Shown here: piece after piece, positions 25,022-32,000 of the stretch | How the letters are laid out: each line of letters begins with the position of its first letter | Position numbering within the stretch: the stretch's first letter is position 1 | Source of the DNA: Horticoccus luteus | Lineage (GTDB): Bacteria > Verrucomicrobiota > Verrucomicrobiia > Opitutales > Opitutaceae | Length of the DNA stretch: 32,000 bases | NCBI RefSeq assembly: GCF_019464535.1 | Contig: NZ_CP080507.1 | Location: 780,001-812,000, forward strand | Reading direction: 5' to 3' | The notes under the pieces: generated by a model | What the model saw: the letters and a program-made list of their open reading frames with translations, nothing else | The model's database searches: none | Told to the model about the DNA's origin: nothing | Translations under genes and position numbers: made by a program

Positions 25022-27160
25022 ATGCCGAAGAAAAAAGCGCCCAAATCCGACCCACAATCCGAGTTACCGCTCAGCGCCGCGGAATCATCCGGGCCGTCGC
25101 CCGCCGAGGAGACTGAGACGCCGGGTGGCACAGCCGAGGCTACGCCGGAAGTCGGCGTCGTGCCTGACGACGCAACGCCGCCGAGCGGACGCGGCAACGC
25201 GGTGGCCGTCAACGAGTCCGATGCGCCGCTCGCGGCGAGTTATCGCAGTTGGTTTTTGGAGTATGCGAGCTACGTGATTCTCGATCGCGCGGTGCCGCAC
25301 ATCGACGACGGACTCAAGCCCGTGCAGCGCCGCATCCTGCACACGTTGTGGGAAATGGATGACGGGCGTTTTCACAAGGTGGCCAACGTGGTGGGCGCGG
25401 CGATGCGTTATCATCCGCATGGCGATGCGTCGATTGGCGCGGCGTTGGTGGGCATCGGTCAGCGCGGGTTCCTGATCGAGCCGCAGGGCAATTTCGGCAA
25501 CACGCTGACGGGTGACGACGCGGCGGCGCCGCGTTACATCGAGGCGCGCCTGACGCCGTTTGCGCGGGATGTGTTGTTCAATCCGAAAACGACGACGTGG
25601 CAGCTCAGCTACGATGGTCGCAACCAGGAGCCGGTGACGCTGCCGGCGAAGTTTCCTCTCGTGCTGCTCGATGGCGCGGAAGGCATTGCGGTCGGTCTCG
25701 CGACGAAGATTCTGCCGCACAATTTCAACGATCTTTGCCGCGCATCGATCAACCACCTGCAGGGAAAACGGTTTCGCATCGTGCCTGATTTCCCGACGGG
25801 CGGCATTGCGGATTTTTCGGAATACAATGACGGCGAGCGCGGCGGGAAAGTGAAGATCCGCGCGAAGATTGAAGTGCGCAGCAAATACCTGCTCGCGATC
25901 ACGGAGCTGCCCTTCGGCACGACGACGGAGTCGCTCATCGAGTCGATTCTCGCGGCGAATGCGAAGGGCAAGATCAAGATCAAGCACGTCGACGACAACA
26001 CGGCGGACCAGGTGGAGATCCTCGTGCACCTGCCGGCGGGGAGCGATCCGGAGAAGCTGATCCAGCAGCTTTACGTTTTCACCTCGTGCCAGATGGCGAT
26101 TTCGCCGGCGGCGTGCGTGATCGAAAACGACAAGCCGCATTTCCTCGGCGTGTCGGAGATCGTGCGCCGAAGCACGGACAAGACGGTGGCGTTGTTGAAG
26201 CGCGAACTGGAAATCAGGCTCGGCGAACTCGAGCAGCAGTGGCACTGGGATTCGCTGGAGCGGATCTTCATCGAGGAACGCATTTACCGGCGCATCGAGA
26301 AATCGACGACGTGGGAGAACGTGTTGAGCGAGATTCGCGAAGGCTTGAAGCCGTTCGTGAAAAACCTGCGGCGCGAGGTGACCGAGGAGGATATCGAGCG
26401 GCTGACGGAGATCCGCATCAAACGCATCTCGGCCTACAATCGGTTCCAGGCGGATGAGGCGATGAAGCGGATCGAAGCGGAGATGAAGGAGGTGAAGCAC
26501 CACCTCAAGAATCTCACGGCTTACGCGATCGACTGGTTCGAGCGTCTGCAGGAAAAATATGGCAAGGGCCTCAAGCGCCGCACGCAATACGACGAGATCG
26601 AGCAGATCAGCGCGGCGCAGGTCGTGTCGGCCAACCAGCGGCTCTACGTGAACCGCGAGGAAGGGTTCATCGGCCTCAACTGGCGGCAGCACGAATTCGT
26701 GCAGGAGTGCACGATTCTCGACAGCGTGTTGTGCATCATGCGCGACGGTTCCCTCAAGGTCGCGAAGGTGGCCGACAAGGTGTTCATGGGCCGCGATATC
26801 ATCCATCTGGCGATCTGGCCGGCGGAGGGGGATGCGAATTTCTACACGATGCTCTACCAGGACAAGGAGAGCGGGAAAGCGTTTGCGAAGCGTTTCCAGA
26901 TCGGCGGTCTGTCGCGCGACAAGCTCTACCTGCTGGTGAAATCGGAAGGCTCGAAGGTGCTTTATTTCGACGTCAGCAAGACGGAGAAGGAGATGCCGAA
27001 AAAGCTGCATGTGGCGTTGGATGGCCGCAGCGGTGCGCGCGTGCGCGAGTTGGACTTTGATCTCACGGCGGTGCCGGTCAGCACGCGCAACGCAAAAGGA
27101 CTGACGGTCACCAAGTGGCCGGTGAAGGACGTGAAGCGGATGGATCTCGCGTTGAAATAA
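25022..27160 (+). CDS. parC: DNA topoisomerase IV subunit A (type IIA topoisomerase A subunit)
   Basis: YASYVILDRAVPHIDDGLKPVQRRILH, MRYHPHGDASI, AAAPRYIEARL (catalytic Tyr) and LLDGAEGIAVGLATKILPHN. About 75 low-complexity acidic/Pro-rich residues precede the conserved core. Confidence 0.85.
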   Translation: MPKKKAPKSDPQSELPLSAAESSGPSPAEETETPGGTAEATPEVGVVPDDATPPSGRGNAVAVNESDAPLAASYRSWFLEYASYVILDRAVPHIDDGLKPVQRRILHTLWEMDDGRFHKVANVVGAAMRYHPHGDASIGAALVGIGQRGFLIEPQGNFGNTLTGDDAAAPRYIEARLTPFARDVLFNPKTTTWQLSYDGRNQEPVTLPAKFPLVLLDGAEGIAVGLATKILPHNFNDLCRASINHLQGKRFRIVPDFPTGGIADFSEYNDGERGGKVKIRAKIEVRSKYLLAITELPFGTTTESLIESILAANAKGKIKIKHVDDNTADQVEILVHLPAGSDPEKLIQQLYVFTSCQMAISPAACVIENDKPHFLGVSEIVRRSTDKTVALLKRELEIRLGELEQQWHWDSLERIFIEERIYRRIEKSTTWENVLSEIREGLKPFVKNLRREVTEEDIERLTEIRIKRISAYNRFQADEAMKRIEAEMKEVKHHLKNLTAYAIDWFERLQEKYGKGLKRRTQYDEIEQISAAQVVSANQRLYVNREEGFIGLNWRQHEFVQECTILDSVLCIMRDGSLKVAKVADKVFMGRDIIHLAIWPAEGDANFYTMLYQDKESGKAFAKRFQIGGLSRDKLYLLVKSEGSKVLYFDVSKTEKEMPKKLHVALDGRSGARVRELDFDLTAVPVSTRNAKGLTVTKWPVKDVKRMDLALK

Positions 27161-27353
27161 GCGCGGGAAGCGGAGCGCTGCGGCGGCGGGCCGGCGGCGC
27201 GCTGGCTGAGCCACGCTGCAGGAGGGGGCGTTCCCGCAAGCCGCGGCATGCGGGCGGCGGCCGGGAAAGGCGGGCCGCAAAATTGTCCGTCTTTATCTGG
27301 CGGCGGAATCGAAGGGCGTGCATCTTCGCTCCTATCGAACCCCGCTACTCCCC

Positions 27354-28535
27354 ATGGATAATTCTGCTGTCATCCTTTCCGCCACGCGGACGCCGATCGG
27401 CGCTTTTCAGGGATCGCTCGCCAGCCGGCCGGCCGCGCAACTCGGTGCGGCCGCGTTGAAGGGCGCGATCACGCAGGCGGGCATCTCGCCTGAGGACGTG
27501 ACGGATGTGCTGATGGGTAACGTGCTGCAAGCCGGGCAAGGTCAGGCGCCTGCGCGTCAGGCGGCGCTGGCGGCGGGGCTGCCATCGTCGGTGCGGTGTG
27601 TGACAGTCCACAAGGTCTGCGGCTCGGGTTTGCAGACGATCCTGCAAGCGGCCCACGGGTTGGCGGCGGGCGCCGGGAAAGTGTATCTGGCAGGAGGGAT
27701 GGAATCGATGTCGCAGGCACCCTACTTGTTACCGAAGGCGCGGGAGGGCTTCCGGCTCGGGCATCAGCAGGTGATCGATTCGATCGTGAGCGATGGGTTA
27801 TGGGATCCTTATAACAACCTGCATATGGGCGGCTGCGCGGAGCAGTGCGCGGCGAAATATCAATTTACCCGCGAGCAACAGGATGCATTTGCGAGCGAGA
27901 GTTTCCGGCGGGCGAACGCGGCGCAAAAGGAGGGGCTCTTCGCCGCCGAGATCACGCCGGTCGAATGGACGGACGCGCGCGGAGCGGCGGTGAAAGTGGA
28001 GACGGATGAAGGACCGGGAAAGGTGCGGTATGATAAAATCCCGACGTTGAAACCGGCGTTCCAAAAAGACGGCACGATCACCGCGGCCAATGCTTCCTCG
28101 CTCAACGACGGGGCGGCGGCGGTGGCGCTGACGACGGCCGCGTGGGCGAAGGAGCGGCAGGTGAAGCCGCTCGCGCGCATCGTCGCGTTTGGCGCTCACG
28201 CCCAAGATCCGGTGTGGTTCACGACGGCGCCGGTGCCCGCTGCGAAGCAAGTGCTGGCGGCCGCCGGGTGGAGCGTTGAGAGCGTCGATCTCTGGGAAGT
28301 GAACGAAGCGTTTGCCGTCGTGCCCATGGCGTTCAGCCGGGAACTGGGTGTGTCGGCGGAGCGTTTGAATGTGCGCGGAGGCGCGGTGGCGCTGGGTCAC
28401 CCGATCGGGGCGAGCGGGGCGCGGATCGTGGTGACGTTGCTGGCGAGCCTGCGTGCCCGCGGATTGAAGCGGGGCATCGCGGCGATTTGCATTGGCGGCG
28501 GCGAAGGTCTGGCCATCGGAGTGGAGCTCCTGTGA
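27354..28535 (+). CDS. acetyl-CoA C-acetyltransferase (thiolase II)
   Basis: I trimmed the start to the ATG at 27354 (MDNSAVILSATRTPIGAFQGSL). VHKVCGSGLQ holds the nucleophilic Cys. NEAFA, GGAVALGHPIGASGARI and CIGGGEGLA are also present. Confidence 0.9.
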   Translation: MDNSAVILSATRTPIGAFQGSLASRPAAQLGAAALKGAITQAGISPEDVTDVLMGNVLQAGQGQAPARQAALAAGLPSSVRCVTVHKVCGSGLQTILQAAHGLAAGAGKVYLAGGMESMSQAPYLLPKAREGFRLGHQQVIDSIVSDGLWDPYNNLHMGGCAEQCAAKYQFTREQQDAFASESFRRANAAQKEGLFAAEITPVEWTDARGAAVKVETDEGPGKVRYDKIPTLKPAFQKDGTITAANASSLNDGAAAVALTTAAWAKERQVKPLARIVAFGAHAQDPVWFTTAPVPAAKQVLAAAGWSVESVDLWEVNEAFAVVPMAFSRELGVSAERLNVRGGAVALGHPIGASGARIVVTLLASLRARGLKRGIAAICIGGGEGLAIGVELL

Positions 28536-28624
28536 GGCCGGCCGGAGCAGGGAGACAACGCAGCGCAAGGGCGGGCGGAGTGGTTTCGCGGGGCGGCACG
28601 GACGCGCAACGTATTTAATTTTTT

Positions 28625-29971
28625 ATGAGCAAACAATATTCCAGTGCGTCGGAGGCGTTGCACGGCTTGCTGCGCGACAACATCACGATCGCCGCCGGTG
28701 GATTTGGGCTCTGCGGCATCCCCGAAAACCTGATCGCGGCGGTGAAGGAGAGTGGCGTGAAGGGCCTGACGATCGTCGGTAACAATGCGGGCGTGGACGG
28801 TTTCGGGATGGGCATGCTGCTCAACCAGCGCCAAGTGCGGAAGGTGTTGGCGTCATACGTGGGCGAGAACAAGGAATTCGAGCGGCAGGTGCTGGCGGGC
28901 GAGCTGGAGCTGGAGCTCGTGCCGCAAGGAACACTCGCCGAACGACTGCGCGCGGGCGGGGCGGGGATTCCGGGATTCTACACGCGCACGGCAGTCGGGA
29001 CAAAACTCGCCGAGGGCCGGGAAACGAAAACGTTTGAGGGGCGGGACTACGTTCTCGAGCGCGGGATCCGGGCGGATGTGGCCTTGGTGAAGGCGTGGAA
29101 AGGCGACAAGGCCGGGAACTTGATTTATCGGAAAACGGCGCGGAATTTTAATCCGATGATTGCGACCTGCGGCGCGGTCTGTGTGGCCGAAGTTGAGGAG
29201 CTCGTTGAAGTGGGGGAGCTCAATCCGGATGAAATTCACACGCCGGGCATCTACGTGCACCGGATTGTGCAGGGAGTCGGCTACGAGAAGCGCATCGAGT
29301 TTCGCACGGTGCAGGGCAGTGCCGCGTCAAAGAAGGAGTCGCCTATCCGCGAGTTGATGGCTCGGCGCGCGGCGCAAGAATTGCGCGATGGATATTACGT
29401 TAACCTGGGGATCGGTATTCCCACGCTGGTCGCAAACTTCATTCCCGCCGGCATGAACGTCACGTTGCAGTCCGAAAACGGATTGCTGGGCATCGGACCG
29501 TTTCCCGCGGATGCGGCGGTGGACGCGGATTTGATCAACGCGGGCAAGCAGACGGTCACCACGATTGCGGGTTCGGCGTTTTTCTCGAGCGCCGATTCCT
29601 TTGCCATGATTCGCGGCGGACACATCAACCTCTCGATTTTGGGCGCGTTGGAAGTGGCGGAGAATGGAGACATCGCGAATTGGATGGTGCCGGGAAAAAT
29701 GGTGAAGGGGCCGGGTGGTGCGATGGATCTGGTGGCGGGGGTAAAACGGGTTGTGGCGGTGATGGAGCACTGCGCGAAAACGGGGGCCTCGAAAATTCTC
29801 CGGCAATGCACGTTGCCGATCACGGGCAAGGGAGTCGTCTCGCTGATCATCACCGATCTCTGTGTGTTCGAAGTAAAGCCGGGCGGTGGCCTGCGCCTGC
29901 TTGAGCTGCATCCCGGCGTGACATTGGACGAGGTGCGCACGAAAACCGAGGCGGCGTTCGACACGCCCTAA
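28625..29971 (+). CDS. 3-oxoacid CoA-transferase, fused A and B subunits
   Basis: The N-terminal half (ITIAAGGFGLCGIPENLI...VPQGTLAERLRAGGAGIPGFYT) is ScoA/AtoD-like. The C-terminal half (YVNLGIGIPTLVANF...LQSENGLLGIGP, with the catalytic Glu in SENG) is ScoB/AtoA-like. They are joined by a short linker (RTVQGSAASKKESP). Confidence 0.9.
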   Translation: MSKQYSSASEALHGLLRDNITIAAGGFGLCGIPENLIAAVKESGVKGLTIVGNNAGVDGFGMGMLLNQRQVRKVLASYVGENKEFERQVLAGELELELVPQGTLAERLRAGGAGIPGFYTRTAVGTKLAEGRETKTFEGRDYVLERGIRADVALVKAWKGDKAGNLIYRKTARNFNPMIATCGAVCVAEVEELVEVGELNPDEIHTPGIYVHRIVQGVGYEKRIEFRTVQGSAASKKESPIRELMARRAAQELRDGYYVNLGIGIPTLVANFIPAGMNVTLQSENGLLGIGPFPADAAVDADLINAGKQTVTTIAGSAFFSSADSFAMIRGGHINLSILGALEVAENGDIANWMVPGKMVKGPGGAMDLVAGVKRVVAVMEHCAKTGASKILRQCTLPITGKGVVSLIITDLCVFEVKPGGGLRLLELHPGVTLDEVRTKTEAAFDTP

Positions 29972-29989
29972 CCCCACGCATCGACGTCC

Positions 29990-30772
29990 ATGTTACGAGG
30001 AAAGACGGCGCTAGTCACAGGCTCCACGAGCGGCATTGGATGGGCCGTTGCGCAGGCCTTCGCGCAGCAGGGGATGAATGTGATGTTGCACGGTTTGGGC
30101 GATCCGGACGCGAACGAAGCACTGCGGGCGCGCTTGGAAAGAGAGGCGGAGGTGCGCGTGAAATTACACAGCGCCAATCTTGCGGAGCCGGCGGAGGCGG
30201 AGCGGTTGGTGATCGATACAGCGTCCCAGTTGGGTGGGATCGATATTTTGGTTAACAACGCTGGAATCCAGTTCGTCGCCGCGGTCGAGGAATTTCCGCC
30301 GGAGCGCTGGACCGAGATTCAAAATGTGGTGCTCAACGCGTCGTTTCGCGCGACGCGCGCCGCCGTGCCGGAGATGCGTCGTCGCGGGTGGGGGCGGATA
30401 TTGAACATTGCTTCAGCGCACGGCGTGGTGGCTTCACCGTTTAAGAGCGCTTACGTCGCGGCGAAGCATGCCCAGGTTGGCCTGACGAAGAGTGTGGCGT
30501 TGGAGCTCGCGGAAACGGGCATCACGTGTAACGCGATCTGTCCCGGCTACGTGAGGACACCGTTGGTCGAAAACCAAATCGATGCGCAAGCCAAGGTGCA
30601 CGGTCTGTCGCGCGAGCGGGTGGTGCGCGACGTGATTTTGGCGGCTCAGCCGACGAAGCGCTTCATCGAGGTCGAGGAAGTCGCGGCGCTGGCGGTCTTT
30701 CTTTGCGGCGATATGGCGCGGTCCATCACTGGTGCGGCGATCGCGATGGATGGCGGCTGGACCGCGCGATGA
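29990..30772 (+). CDS. bdhA: 3-hydroxybutyrate dehydrogenase (SDR family)
   Basis: KTALVTGSTSGIGWAVA (TGxxxGIG), NNAGI and SAYVAAKHA (YxxxK). Its position next to thiolase and CoA-transferase supports the BDH call. Confidence 0.8.
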   Translation: MLRGKTALVTGSTSGIGWAVAQAFAQQGMNVMLHGLGDPDANEALRARLEREAEVRVKLHSANLAEPAEAERLVIDTASQLGGIDILVNNAGIQFVAAVEEFPPERWTEIQNVVLNASFRATRAAVPEMRRRGWGRILNIASAHGVVASPFKSAYVAAKHAQVGLTKSVALELAETGITCNAICPGYVRTPLVENQIDAQAKVHGLSRERVVRDVILAAQPTKRFIEVEEVAALAVFLCGDMARSITGAAIAMDGGWTAR

Positions 30773-30995
30773 ATGCGACCAAGGCGACTGGCCGGCCCCG
30801 CCCGCGCCCACGCGGCCCACGTCAGCGCGGATGGTGAGCGGGCGGCAGGGGTGAATTGTGCGGCTGGCCGCGACGTGCGATGTGGCAAAAACGCTCGTGC
30901 CGCTGCCCGGCATCTGAAAGAAGCCAGCTCAGAAGCGGCCGGGGCCGTTGCAAGGAGAAGAGCAAGCGCCGCCGCACATCGATCAACTTTTGCGT

Positions 30996-31826
30996 ATGAA
31001 AGAAGCACGTCTCAATCGACTATTTAATCCCCAAACACGCCGCTGTTTCGACGTCGCGATCGATCACGGCTTCTTCAATGAAGCCACGTTCCTCGCCGGC
31101 ATTGAGGATATGCCCGCCACGATTGCGACATTGGTCGAAGCGGCGCCGGACGCCATCCAGCTCACGGTAGCGCAGGCACGGCATTTGCAAACCCTGCCTG
31201 TGCGGCCGAAGCCGGCGCTGGTTTTGCGCACAGATGTCGCCAATGTCTATGGACGAAAGTTGCCGCGCACGTTGTTCTCGCGAGTGCTGGAAGACGCCGT
31301 ACTGCAGGCGGTGCGGCTCGACGCGGCCTGCGTCGTGGTGAACTTGTTTCGGATTCCGGATGAGCCGGAAATTGGCGACCAGTGCGTGCGCAACATCCTG
31401 GCGCTCAAACCGGCGTGCGACCATTACGGGATGCCGCTGATGATTGAGCCGTTGGTGTTTCAACCCAACGAACGCGCCGGTGGTTACATGGTCGATGGCG
31501 ATCGTGAAAAGATCGTGCCGTTGGTGCGGCAGGCAGTCGAACTGGGCGCGGACATTATCAAGGCGGATCCGACGGATAATCCGGAAGACTATCATCAAGT
31601 GGTGCAGACGACCGGAGGGATTCCGGTCTTGGTGCGAGGTGGGAGCAAAGCACCGGAACGGGAGATCCTCACGCGCACGGCGGCGCTGTTGCAGCAGGGC
31701 GTCGCGGGCATCGTGTATGGCCGCAATATCATTCAGCACCGTTCGCCGGGCGCGATGACGAGGGCGTTGATGGCTATCTTGCACGAGCAGGCGACGGTGG
31801 CGCAAGCGATGGAGATCCTCGCATGA
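30996..31826 (+). CDS. class I aldolase-family protein (DhnA/LsrF/DeoC-LacD-like)
   Basis: I trimmed the start to the ATG at 30996 (MKEARLNRLFNPQTRRCFDVAIDHG). GADIIKAD holds the candidate Schiff-base Lys. VLVRGGSK and GIVYGRNI are also present. Confidence 0.7.
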   Translation: MKEARLNRLFNPQTRRCFDVAIDHGFFNEATFLAGIEDMPATIATLVEAAPDAIQLTVAQARHLQTLPVRPKPALVLRTDVANVYGRKLPRTLFSRVLEDAVLQAVRLDAACVVVNLFRIPDEPEIGDQCVRNILALKPACDHYGMPLMIEPLVFQPNERAGGYMVDGDREKIVPLVRQAVELGADIIKADPTDNPEDYHQVVQTTGGIPVLVRGGSKAPEREILTRTAALLQQGVAGIVYGRNIIQHRSPGAMTRALMAILHEQATVAQAMEILA

Positions 31827-32000
31827 GCGCCTCCGATAATCCTGTGGTGCGCGTGGGCGTGATTGGCGCCGGATTGATGGGACGCGAAGTCGCCAGCGCT
31901 TTTGGTCGCTGGTTCGCGTTGCTGGATTGTCCGGTGCGGCCTGAGTTGGTGGCCGTGTGCGACGTCAATCCAGCCGCGTTGGATTGGTTCCGGCAGGTGC
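31823..32000 (+). CDS. Gfo/Idh/MocA-family oxidoreductase, N-terminal part, truncated by the window edge
   Basis: My translation from the ATG at 31823 (ATGA overlap with the aldolase stop) reads MSASDNPVVRVGVIGAGLMGREVASAFGRW...VCDVNPAALDWFRQV. This is a Rossmann GxGxxG N-terminus typical of the family. Confidence 0.6.
   Translation, partial: MSASDNPVVRVGVIGAGLMGREVASAFGRWFALLDCPVRPELVAVCDVNPAALDWFRQV

Noticed and set aside
1-32000. Mobile elements, prophage, defence islands, toxin-antitoxin pairs
   Set aside because: I recognised no integrase, transposase, recombinase, restriction, Cas, or small paired toxin/antitoxin ORFs. Composition looks uniform across the window, so I do not call a horizontally acquired island.

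Overview
GC-rich, densely coding bacterial chromosomal window with about 34 CDS on both strands. I recognised no rRNA, tRNA, CRISPR array, transposase or integrase. Gene content indicates a diderm bacterium. A Verrucomicrobiota/PVC-like source is only a guess from composition and the style of ParC. All family assignments come from by-eye motif recognition on the supplied translations; no searches were run. Left to right: (i) The end of a minus-strand lipid/polyketide-like biosynthetic operon: two flavin-dependent-halogenase-like enzymes, a long ACP, and a KAS that runs off the left edge. (ii) A divergently transcribed ydbH-like/ynbE-like/ydbL-like envelope triad with an unusually short YdbH-like protein. 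(iii) Housekeeping genes: SRAP peptidase, NupC-family transporter, gamma-carbonic-anhydrase-like protein, folA, ald. (iv) A four-gene operon of signal-peptide proteins with mirrored paralogy: MA-peptidase-like+TPR, two tandem paralogs of unknown family, then STN domain + HExxH-less peptidase-like + TPR. This is my best candidate for an undescribed system. (v) Cyclophilin, gmhA, a tightly coupled recF-TSUP permease-ruvC unit, rlmF and selO. (vi) A REP-like hairpin repeat family (4 copies) flanking an SRPBCC gene. (vii) A DTW-domain tRNA-modification gene coupled to an unknown gene, then parC. (viii) A ketone-body utilisation operon (thiolase, fused CoA-transferase, 3-hydroxybutyrate dehydrogenase) and the start of a sugar-type operon (class I aldolase family, Gfo/Idh/MocA).
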